Virus record (IMG/VR): IMGVR_UViG_3300010413_002950
Coordinates: 1 to 64,000 of that record
Source: a virus
DNA length: 64,000 bases
Strand: one strand, 5' to 3'
A model generated the notes under the pieces. The model ran no database searches. It was not told the origin of the DNA and was given only the letters and a program-made list of their open reading frames with translations. The position numbers were made by a program, and so were the translations under genes. Positions 55,954 through 64,000 of this stretch are shown here, one piece after another (positions within the stretch are counted from its first letter, which is position 1; the number at the start of each line of letters is the position of its first letter).

Positions 55954-56738
55954 TTATCATATGTCCAATCTATAGGCACTTTCCATTGATTATTGCAAAT
56001 TAGCCTATCACAAACTGCATCTATACTCATATCTGGCCCTAAAGAATTATCATTTACCAATTTTAGAATTGTTTCAAAGTCTCTTTTGCCTATTTCATTT
56101 AATTCTCCATCAACAAGAGCCATATCTTTACCATTGACAGATTTGATAGATCCTAACACTATAGTTGATTCCATTTTTTCTAGATTTGCTGTATCTATAT
56201 TTTTCATCGAAAACCATCTATTTTGTGTAAAGAGAATGGTTTCAGCCATTTCTCCCCTAATTTCAAATGGTTCTCTAAGCTTATATTCAAATTCAATATC
56301 TTCAATTTTATCAGCCGATCGAATAGGCAATGTGTTTAAATCTCCGCAAAATGAAGTTTTCCACCCACATCTTGGACAATTAAGGTTAACATCTATTTCT
56401 TCACCCATAGTCTCATAGCGAAGTAGTACATAAGCTTGTAAAACATCTCCATGATACATATGATAAATTGCAGCTAGCCTATCATTTTCTTCCATCTGTG
56501 TGAAATCATGTGGCCCAATTCTAGTACACATCTCTGATAGCACCACAGCCACATACTGAAAGAACGTAAGAGCCCCTTTGCCCTTTTGCCGCTGCTTACG
56601 CTTTAGCTCTTCGTTCATCTTTAGATTCCAACGTCTAAAAGCAAGATCTTTATGATAATATCCTGCTTTATCTGGAATGCCAAGAGCTAATTTTATACCA
56701 TAATCTTTTAGATCTATTGTCTTAAATTTTTCTATCAC
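55929..56738 (-). CDS. tail assembly chaperone (with zinc-ribbon motifs)
   Basis: between tube and tape measure; CPRC and CDRLIC; GTG start with GGAGG. Confidence 0.75.
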   Translation of the reverse strand: MIEKFKTIDLKDYGIKLALGIPDKAGYYHKDLAFRRWNLKMNEELKRKQRQKGKGALTFFQYVAVVLSEMCTRIGPHDFTQMEENDRLAAIYHMYHGDVLQAYVLLRYETMGEEIDVNLNCPRCGWKTSFCGDLNTLPIRSADKIEDIEFEYKLREPFEIRGEMAETILFTQNRWFSMKNIDTANLEKMESTIVLGSIKSVNGKDMALVDGELNEIGKRDFETILKLVNDNSLGPDMSIDAVCDRLICNNQWKVPIDWTYDNFFSVTSH

Positions 56739-56789
56739 AGCACACCTCCAATCGGATTATCCTTGATAGGCCCTGCTGTATGGGCGTTA

Positions 56790-57230
56790 TTATACCGGGT
56801 TAACCTCATCAGCTTCAAAAAAGTATGTAAACATTGCTGGTTCACCTTCATTTTCCATATCGCCACCAGGAACGGTCCTTCCAGAGATCCATAGATTTAC
56901 TAGCGAAAACGTTCTAGGCGTTCTATCTAGTCGATAGAAAACCATAGATCCGGCTTTTCTATGAGCTGGATCAACTGGAGCTTGACACTGTTTATACCAT
57001 GCTTCTAATGATGCAACTTCTACATCATGATGCATAAATATAGTACCAGTAAATGACACTGGCATTTTCTCTCCAGAAGTTCTTTTAGTTCTATCTGGCA
57101 TTTCTATAACATTTAATCTCTCTTCAATGTCATCAGAAGTTTTTAGTGTCAATGGCACTACTCCTGGAACTACCAATTCAAAACTATGAAGAGGTATATG
57201 ATTCTCTTTAATCTTACCTTTTAAACCCAT
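56790..57230 (-). CDS. tail tube protein (T4 gp19-like)
   Basis: 146 aa after sheath; LEAWY, RKAGS, FSLVNLW motifs. Confidence 0.8.
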   Translation of the reverse strand: MGLKGKIKENHIPLHSFELVVPGVVPLTLKTSDDIEERLNVIEMPDRTKRTSGEKMPVSFTGTIFMHHDVEVASLEAWYKQCQAPVDPAHRKAGSMVFYRLDRTPRTFSLVNLWISGRTVPGGDMENEGEPAMFTYFFEADEVNPV

Positions 57231-57271
57231 GTTTTCCTCCTAGCTAGTTCACTCTATTACAGTGTCTATCA

Positions 57272-59602
57272 CTATACAGCTGCTTCAAAAATGCCAGCTT
57301 TGCCCATGCGAATAACAAATCTTTCTACTGTGTTGACGAACCTAAGCTGAACTTCAGCTATCAGATCGCCATTCTCTTTTGTTAATGGTGTATTAAGCTC
57401 ATCATCAAGCTTAATGATAACGGCTTCATCAAATGGATATGCATCATCAAAAGCTTTATTGTTATATTCTACTTGAAAGAATCCACGCAATGAAGCCAAA
57501 GCTAATTGCTGTGTTCTAACATTGTTGAGAGCGAATATGATCCAATCATAACTCTCTTGCAGAACATGCTCATAGTAGCTCATAGCTTCACGCTGATGCT
57601 TCCATCTCCAAGTAGGATCAGTAGCAGGTAGACGATCTCCCCAGATAACAAAGTTACCTTGTTTCTTGATAATAACAGGAATTCCCTTTGGATTAAGAAG
57701 TTCCTGATCAAGAATAGCGTCTCCAGTTGGTAGCTTCAGGATAGCTGGCAACGTTGCATCGATACCAGCTTCAGCTTTATGATAACCAAAGTTGTCTACA
57801 GCAATTCTAGCTTCTCTACCATGAACCATTCCCGTAACAGGAACTAGTTTTAGCTTACCTTCTCCATTACCTTGTGGATCTGCCATGTAAGCGTAACTTG
57901 GGAAGATTGTAGCTGAATAATTACTTCTTCCAATTGTATCATTGATATAGTCAATTGCTGCATCTTCAGTAGTAATATTGCTCGGAATTTCAACTCTATA
58001 TTGATGGTTTTTAGCATCTGCATAAGCTATACCAGCTTTTTGTACTGCTGTAGAATTTACACCTGGAGTAGCCAATTTCAATAGCCCCATATTAAGTCCA
58101 AGAACTCTATTGAATGGACTAGAATCTACATCCCATAGTTGTTGATTATAGCTAGCATCTACAACATCTGCATTACCATCTCTACCGCCTTCAAGCTCTA
58201 GAGTTGCTTCAACTCGAAAGTCATCTGCAGTAGTAGCTACAGCTGTCATGTCAGATCCATCAGCTACAGTGATAATCTGATGGGTGTTATCTACAATCCG
58301 AAACTTTTTGTTTCTATCAGCAGAATTGGTTTGATCTGGAAACAGATAGCCACCGATCAAGGAATCAGCTATAAATGGCTTGTAGTTAATAATCAATGTA
58401 TCTGTAGCAACCAACGGAGTAGCTCCAGCTGTAACCGTAAACGGTGGAGCCCACCAGATATCAGGTGTAAATAGAGATCCTAGCGTAATAGATCCAAGAT
58501 CACCAAACTTATCACTAACTGCATCTCCAGCTGTAGGTGATGTCATGGTAACAGTAATCTTCTGAGCTACCATCAAATCAGAAGTAGTTCCCAATGCAAA
58601 GGTTGGATTTCCACCAGTAGGAGAGTTGATAGTAAAATCTGCTATTTCAGCTGTCAAAGTCAAAGCTGTTACTGCAGAATTCTTGCCATAGATATTAGCT
58701 GGTCGAATAGCGCTAGTAATAGATCCAACCCAAACATTAGTGGCTTCGATCTCATAATTGGCAGAATCGTTATTTATAATATCTACCCAATACCTTGAGG
58801 ATGCAGGATCCATAGAGAGGTTTGGATAGCTAGTGATCAAATCTCCATCAACATATACATCTAATGCAAATTCAGTATCTGGATTTTCTTCACCATTCCT
58901 GATTTTGATGCTAATAGCTTTACTTTCGTTTTCACGAGTAATATAAACCTGAAGATCTGTTGGTGAACCCCCAAGATCAGTAGCCATAGTTAGATCTGGC
59001 TCAACTGTGAAATCCCATTCACTGGTTCCTGAGTTCCAGACATTACCAAGGATCTTATACTGTGTGGTTCCAACTTCACCAAACTGAATGTATCCACCCT
59101 TATATTCATCAGTCTCAAAAGAGCTTTCAACAACTGTAGGCACCTCTGAAGCACCTAATGAAAGAACAGTCTCAGTTACTTGACCTACAGCACTTAAGAG
59201 AGTTGTATATCTCTTTAACTTACCGCCCCAGCGTCCGCCATTATGAGCTTTGATAGTACCTACATGTGTTAGAACAGAAGACATGCGAGCATATAGCTTC
59301 ATTTCAGCTTGTAGCTCATTGCCATCAGTAACTCGCACAAGAACCAAGCCTCCAGCTCCATTAGCATTTTTGTAATACTCATAGATTGCATCTGGGCATA
59401 GGCTATCATCCAAATAGCTTCCAACCCTACGCTGTGCCAACTTGCTAGTACCAGCAAAAATCAATTCACCAACTGGCCCTTTTTCAAGGATACCGCCATA
59501 ACCTGCCCATCCAAGAGCCCCTGGAGAAATTTGCTTTTCTCCTTCAAGTTCTTGAATCTGAGTTCCCGCTCCAAAAATAGGCCCATAAACCTTATTTGCC
59601 AT
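57272..59602 (-). CDS. contractile tail sheath protein
   Basis: KGPVGE, LVRV, GGRDG, LNPKGI, VIWGDR, W.IF..N, ERFVIR. Confidence 0.92.
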   Translation of the reverse strand: MANKVYGPIFGAGTQIQELEGEKQISPGALGWAGYGGILEKGPVGELIFAGTSKLAQRRVGSYLDDSLCPDAIYEYYKNANGAGGLVLVRVTDGNELQAEMKLYARMSSVLTHVGTIKAHNGGRWGGKLKRYTTLLSAVGQVTETVLSLGASEVPTVVESSFETDEYKGGYIQFGEVGTTQYKILGNVWNSGTSEWDFTVEPDLTMATDLGGSPTDLQVYITRENESKAISIKIRNGEENPDTEFALDVYVDGDLITSYPNLSMDPASSRYWVDIINNDSANYEIEATNVWVGSITSAIRPANIYGKNSAVTALTLTAEIADFTINSPTGGNPTFALGTTSDLMVAQKITVTMTSPTAGDAVSDKFGDLGSITLGSLFTPDIWWAPPFTVTAGATPLVATDTLIINYKPFIADSLIGGYLFPDQTNSADRNKKFRIVDNTHQIITVADGSDMTAVATTADDFRVEATLELEGGRDGNADVVDASYNQQLWDVDSSPFNRVLGLNMGLLKLATPGVNSTAVQKAGIAYADAKNHQYRVEIPSNITTEDAAIDYINDTIGRSNYSATIFPSYAYMADPQGNGEGKLKLVPVTGMVHGREARIAVDNFGYHKAEAGIDATLPAILKLPTGDAILDQELLNPKGIPVIIKKQGNFVIWGDRLPATDPTWRWKHQREAMSYYEHVLQESYDWIIFALNNVRTQQLALASLRGFFQVEYNNKAFDDAYPFDEAVIIKLDDELNTPLTKENGDLIAEVQLRFVNTVERFVIRMGKAGIFEAAV

Positions 59603-59611
59603 AATTCCTCC

Positions 59612-60853
59612 TTATTGGACTTCTACGTCTAAATCGCCTCCAATATCAAACTGAGCCACAAGATTTCCATCATAAGCATCTTTTGCCCATACACAGAAAT
59701 TAGGGATTCGGAACGTTGCGACCCAAGAATGCAAATCTTTTTCTTCCTCGGAATTTGATTGCTCGTATTCCTCTACTAACCATAGCCTATAACGTTCATC
59801 TAATCCTGTCGATACAATGATAAAATTATTCGCGAAATACCGCTTAACAGCAGATGTGAGGCGAAGGTGATCTACTTGTTTATCGGTTATACCTCGAATA
59901 GTAAAATTTAGATTCCCCTGTATGGGACCTGGCAAAACTTTAGCTGTTCCGTCTGATTTTTTACCTACATAGTCTTCTGTGTACCACTGTACTGCATCTG
60001 TAAAACTAACATCTTCTAGTATCAACGATGGAATTTTTTCTACTTCATACCAATCTCTGCTAGTAGAAATAGCCACTATTGGCTCATACTTGAACCTAAT
60101 CCACATTAGCTGACCAGCTACAACTGAAGCTGAAAGCGTTAGCTGTTTGGTAACTGGATTATAGCTACTAAATATGTCGTTATTATGATCCGGATCTGTA
60201 GTATGGTTGAATACAGAGTCAATATCAACTATGTTATAATCTGTATCAATTTCTATATCCATATCAACATAGGTTCCAGAATTTTGCTGTACCAAATTGA
60301 TTCTAGCTATCGGTCTGATATTTGTCTTCAATTTTCTGACAATAGTTCTGAGAATCATATCCTCTTCTTCAGAATCAAGAAGAGCACCATAAGCTACACG
60401 AATCTCTATCAATTCTGGAGTCACAGTTGAATCTGATGTTCTGAGATTAACTATTACCTGTAGCTTTCTTTCTGTAGCTGGAAAGGAAACTATGTTCTCA
60501 GCTATTTCATCTTCTGTATTCCAGTTGTTTGTGGTTACAGCCCATGCGGATCCATTCCAGTAATATTCGTTTGTTCCATCTCCAAGTCTAAAATATGCCG
60601 AAGTTACTTGCTCGCCATTAATCTTTTTATGTAGAATTTCTGCGTCAAAGCCTTGCCATTCTCTTACTGCGTCTGGATTAGCTATCCATGATTTTACATA
60701 AAGATCTGTAGCTGTAGGATAAACATTTGAGCCATAAGTTCCTAGCTGTGCTCTATGTGTTTTTGGATCAATTCTGGTATTTGGACCTAATTCTACCCTA
60801 GCCCTATCGGCTTCTTCAAATGTAAAATGCTTTATGTAAGTTCTTAAATCCAT
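59612..60853 (-). CDS. tail terminator/neck-region protein
   Basis: position upstream of sheath; C-terminal terminator-like pattern. Confidence 0.55.
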   Translation of the reverse strand: MDLRTYIKHFTFEEADRARVELGPNTRIDPKTHRAQLGTYGSNVYPTATDLYVKSWIANPDAVREWQGFDAEILHKKINGEQVTSAYFRLGDGTNEYYWNGSAWAVTTNNWNTEDEIAENIVSFPATERKLQVIVNLRTSDSTVTPELIEIRVAYGALLDSEEEDMILRTIVRKLKTNIRPIARINLVQQNSGTYVDMDIEIDTDYNIVDIDSVFNHTTDPDHNNDIFSSYNPVTKQLTLSASVVAGQLMWIRFKYEPIVAISTSRDWYEVEKIPSLILEDVSFTDAVQWYTEDYVGKKSDGTAKVLPGPIQGNLNFTIRGITDKQVDHLRLTSAVKRYFANNFIIVSTGLDERYRLWLVEEYEQSNSEEEKDLHSWVATFRIPNFCVWAKDAYDGNLVAQFDIGGDLDVEVQ

Positions 60854-61500
60854 TATCTTGTTTTCTTCTTACCACGCTCAGCTAATTCTTTAAACCCATC
60901 ACCAATTGACTTTAGCCAATTTGCTTCAGCTATTTTCTTAAGGCTAGGATCTTGCATTGCATATCGTATAAATGGCCTTTTAGGAATAACTATTGCTTTA
61001 GTTGAAGCTTTTAGGGGATAGAATTTTTTGGTTTTTGACATTTCCCAAATAGCTTTAGCCCTACCGCTTAATTTTGAAATAGGAATATTACCATTTGAGG
61101 CTTGCCATAAGTACCAAAACATAGCTCTCATTTTTTTAGTAACCTTAATGGTAACTCCATTATGTACGGCTTTACCCACATTGTAATTCTTGTCTGTTCT
61201 AAGAAGCCCTATAAAAGCTATATTCCAAGCTGGAACAGAATAAGTAATAGCATTAAACATATCAGCTCCAGCTGTTCCAACTATTGGCTTATTACCACCC
61301 TTAATAGCCCTTGTAAGTTCTGCGTTTCTAGGTGGTACACCTGTCTTTATCTCTTGCCTTATCTGTCTCCTAATGGCTATAGCGTTTTTTGTAGTGCCTT
61401 TTTTGATATGCTTCTGCATTCCTATCATTAGAGTTTTTGGAGAAAGTCCATTAATTAGCACTCTCCAATTTCCATCTAATTGTATTGATACACTAGCCAT
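60853..61500 (-). CDS. virion morphogenesis/tail completion protein (Mu gpG or HK97 gp10-like)
   Basis: basic, VHNG, IPKRPFI motif. Confidence 0.65.
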   Translation of the reverse strand: MASVSIQLDGNWRVLINGLSPKTLMIGMQKHIKKGTTKNAIAIRRQIRQEIKTGVPPRNAELTRAIKGGNKPIVGTAGADMFNAITYSVPAWNIAFIGLLRTDKNYNVGKAVHNGVTIKVTKKMRAMFWYLWQASNGNIPISKLSGRAKAIWEMSKTKKFYPLKASTKAIVIPKRPFIRYAMQDPSLKKIAEANWLKSIGDGFKELAERGKKKTR

Positions 61501-61891
61501 GTTTTGCTGGTTGCCGATCTGCAAAATAGCATTTTAGTAGAGTGTGACCAAAGGCTGAATAATGCCCCATTGGCTCTATGCGAGAAATATAAGAATCATG
61601 AGATATATTGCCTATTTGTATAATTCTGTCATTAACATTTATTGTAATACTAGCGCTATCCAAATCTCTCTGTCTAAAAAGCACATAGCCTCTTTCATTT
61701 TCCTGAACTCCACCAGTATGGTAAGATTGCTCCTTGCTAGAGCCATACTTCACTTGACCAGGAATTGTTACTGTAGAATTTCTAGCAGCTTGTTGAATTG
61801 GCTCTCTAGCATCTTCATCATAGATTGTTTCACTATAATTAATTTGCTCAATCTGCACATTTACCGGATGTAGCAATCTAGGATAAGGCAT
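61493..61891 (-). CDS. head closure/stopper protein
   Basis: size, YDEDAREP, position after adaptor; TAATG coupling. Confidence 0.6.
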   Translation of the reverse strand: MPYPRLLHPVNVQIEQINYSETIYDEDAREPIQQAARNSTVTIPGQVKYGSSKEQSYHTGGVQENERGYVLFRQRDLDSASITINVNDRIIQIGNISHDSYISRIEPMGHYSAFGHTLLKCYFADRQPAKHG

Positions 61892-62991
61892 TAGTAGTAT
61901 CTCCAATGGCTAGGAGTGGCTATTCCGATTGGAGCTTTATAAAGCTTTACGATATCAAGAATTTCTTGATCCTGAGTTATACCCGTAAGTCCTACTCTTC
62001 TATCTACAAAATCTGCATCTCCATATTTGATAGAATGCCCATCTGTTTTTTCTTCAATTACTACTCCAGCTATAATCGTAGGGGGTGGAGCTGGAGCTGG
62101 ATCTCCAAGAGCTATATAAACCGGATTTGTAAGCTTTTCAATTACAAGCTTTAGCAGTGCTCTCTGAATAAGCAACGGTGTTGTTCCATCTGGTTCTGTA
62201 AAACCAAATGTGCCACTAACTACATGGTTCTGATAACCTTTTTCAAAAACTATTGGGTATCTGCTATATGGAGATACGAATAAGCTTCTTCTAGTATCTG
62301 TACTTCTTCTAAGCTTAATTCTTGGATTTCTTCTATCATCAGGATAGGTGCGAGAATTATAAACTCTATATAGCGATGTATCTAAATTATCAGGAGAATT
62401 GTTAATTCTTAGATAGTCACAGGTTATAATTGGAACTCCAAGATGAATGGTATCCGTATTATCTCCATCAAAATTTATCGTTAACGCTCTAGAATTAAAC
62501 CATTGCCTACACATTCGATCTAAAGCTTGTTGCCAAGTTATAATTGCCGTTTCTATTTGGTAATCTGGAAAATCATCAGATGCAGATCCTAAAGCTGCCT
62601 TAACATCTTCAACAGTTATATAGGTATCTGTTGGTACTCCATCTACAGCTATTAGCTCAAAATCTTCAGCGCCATATTGAAATGAAGATGTAGATTGATA
62701 TTTCCATCTCCAGAATATCCTATGTGTTCCAACCCAAGCATCAGCTTCTGGCGTCCAGCCTTGGGAATTAGCATTGTCGTAAGCATAGTAAGATCCTGTA
62801 TCAAATTTACCAGGAGCTGCAGAAACATCTTCCCAACCGGACAATGGAAAGATCTGTGTGCCTGGTAGTCCATCTTCAATTCTAAAGATCTGAAATTCAA
62901 CTGAATACATATCGGTTTTTACACTATTTAGCGTAGTAAACCAATTGATGTTAGTAGTTGTATTTTCTTCTTCTCTAGCTATTCTTGGCAT
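61891..62991 (-). CDS. head-tail adaptor/connector with N-terminal extension
   Basis: YITVEDVK, LDRMCRQWF, G.FG...P.LIQRALLKL. Confidence 0.7.
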   Translation of the reverse strand: MPRIAREEENTTTNINWFTTLNSVKTDMYSVEFQIFRIEDGLPGTQIFPLSGWEDVSAAPGKFDTGSYYAYDNANSQGWTPEADAWVGTHRIFWRWKYQSTSSFQYGAEDFELIAVDGVPTDTYITVEDVKAALGSASDDFPDYQIETAIITWQQALDRMCRQWFNSRALTINFDGDNTDTIHLGVPIITCDYLRINNSPDNLDTSLYRVYNSRTYPDDRRNPRIKLRRSTDTRRSLFVSPYSRYPIVFEKGYQNHVVSGTFGFTEPDGTTPLLIQRALLKLVIEKLTNPVYIALGDPAPAPPPTIIAGVVIEEKTDGHSIKYGDADFVDRRVGLTGITQDQEILDIVKLYKAPIGIATPSHWRYY

Positions 62992-62998
62992 AATTTAC

Positions 62999-63268
62999 CT
63001 ACGGAATTGCTCCATCTGGATCAAATGGTGAACCTTCTGCGTCTTTTTCTACATAAAACCCTTGAACTACATCTCCAGCCAAAGGTGCTGTAGTCATAGT
63101 AACTTGGGTTTCGCTATTTTCCACACAGCCAAAGCGATCATCATCTTGCTCATAGCTAGTTCCATTAATAACTGGCCTAAAGCTACCAGCAAGAAATGCT
63201 TCAGGCGTAGTAAATACTGTATTTACTCCATTTACCGTTCCAGTTAATTCTACGATTACGCTTGCCAT
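62999..63268 (-). CDS. small virion structural protein
   Basis: GTVNGVNTVFT...APLAGD motif. Confidence 0.6.
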   Translation of the reverse strand: MASVIVELTGTVNGVNTVFTTPEAFLAGSFRPVINGTSYEQDDDRFGCVENSETQVTMTTAPLAGDVVQGFYVEKDAEGSPFDPDGAIP

Positions 63269-63274
63269 GATAAC

Positions 63275-63712
63275 CTACTGATAATCTTGATCAAATGTTC
63301 CTAGCCAATTCGTACCGTCAAAAATAAACTTAATTAGATCTACGGCGCTAGAACCTACAGATATTGTTGGAGCCGTTCCACCAGGCCAAAGTATTTTTGC
63401 TGGATAATTTGTAATATTGTAAGGGGTTGTAGCATCTTGAATTACCTTTAGATAAAGCTTAGCTGATCCAGCTGGATCTGTAAATGCTGGGGCTGTAACA
63501 TTTTCTGTGAGCGTAATAACTAGAAAATTGCTATCGCTAAAATCAAAAGTAGCAGCTCCAGAAACAGAGGAAACAGTTGGTATAGCCTTATGAGATACAG
63601 CTCCAGCTTTTTCTATATTAACCTGAGTGGTTGAACCCTTGCCAATTTCGACTACATCTGAATCGCCATCGATAGTGATTTTTGTGTTTTCTACACCAAT
63701 TCTACCAACCAT
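63275..63712 (-). CDS. virion fibre-associated protein
   Basis: QDAT...WPGGTAPT...VDLI.F.FDGTNW. Confidence 0.6.
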   Translation of the reverse strand: MVGRIGVENTKITIDGDSDVVEIGKGSTTQVNIEKAGAVSHKAIPTVSSVSGAATFDFSDSNFLVITLTENVTAPAFTDPAGSAKLYLKVIQDATTPYNITNYPAKILWPGGTAPTISVGSSAVDLIKFIFDGTNWLGTFDQDYQ

Positions 63713-63714
63713 GA

Positions 63715-64000
63715 TTAATTTCTCCTTATGGAGCCATGAATAAAATCGTTAAAAAAGCTTCCACTTACCAATTCAGATATTGATCTTGTTATTAATCCGT
63801 TATTTTCTGAAAAGTCTCCACCACCTGTAGACATTATCGGTGTTTCTAACGACACAAGTACCTTACCACCTTCTCTAACATTGATCCCTATTCCAATCGT
63901 TGTTTCAATTTCTATTCCTCCAGTTACACTAGATAACATCGCGTCTCCGTCGCCAATAACATTTATTGCGTTTCCAGAGCTTTTAATTACTATTTTTTTA
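63715..64000 (-). CDS. hypothetical protein, probably 5'-truncated by window edge
   Basis: frame appears open beyond 63939 to the edge. Confidence 0.45.
   Translation of the reverse strand, partial: KKIVIKSSGNAINVIGDGDAMLSSVTGGIEIETTIGIGINVREGGKVLVSLETPIMSTGGGDFSENNGLITRSISELVSGSFFNDFIHGSIRRN

Noticed and set aside
47628-60853. Extracellular contractile injection system or tailocin
   Set aside because: Head-tail adaptor/closure genes, a tape measure and a full replication module indicate a phage.
1-64000. Plus-strand ORFs in the track (e.g. 3576..4061, 13882..14424, 18888..19418, 47986..48480)
   Set aside because: All lie antisense to well-supported minus-strand genes, are Ser/Phe/Ile-rich shadows and show no motifs.
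1-64000. Stop-codon reassignment suggested by abundant TAG/CTA
   Set aside because: Long conserved genes are intact in the standard code, and TAG, TAA and TGA all end genes at tight junctions.
1-64000. tRNA or rRNA genes, integrase, att sites
   Set aside because: No cloverleaf or T-loop signature in the few gaps and no recombinase motif.

Overview
64 kb of a large, AT-rich (about 35% GC by eye) tailed dsDNA bacteriophage with a contractile tail. Every credible gene is on the minus strand, tightly packed with ATGA/TAATG overlaps, in the standard genetic code. In transcription order (right to left): head-tail connector/neck, sheath, tube, tail assembly chaperone with a -1 frameshift, tape measure, baseplate, fibres and lysis (about 39.8-64 kb). 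Then a sigma70-like promoter and a bacterial-style replication/recombination module (SF2 helicase with an intein, initiator with internal iterons, DnaC-like loader, DnaB, primase, DnaE, HU-like, SSB, RecA, SbcCD, resolvase). Then nucleotide-metabolism and accessory genes (dCMP deaminase, Cmk, Tmk, ThyA-like, SpeD-like, radical-SAM-like, UDG-like, MT-A70, two HD proteins, SLOG, HAD, metallophosphoesterase) among many small hypotheticals. Most striking: (1) an intein whose endonuclease is a separate gene nested in the +1 frame inside it while the intein frame also stays open; (2) a strong excess of AGCT that is absent from recently acquired segments; (3) a GC-rich fibre cassette flanked by a duplicated anchor domain. 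I saw no tRNA, rRNA, CRISPR array or integrase. Family calls come from motif recognition only, not database searches.
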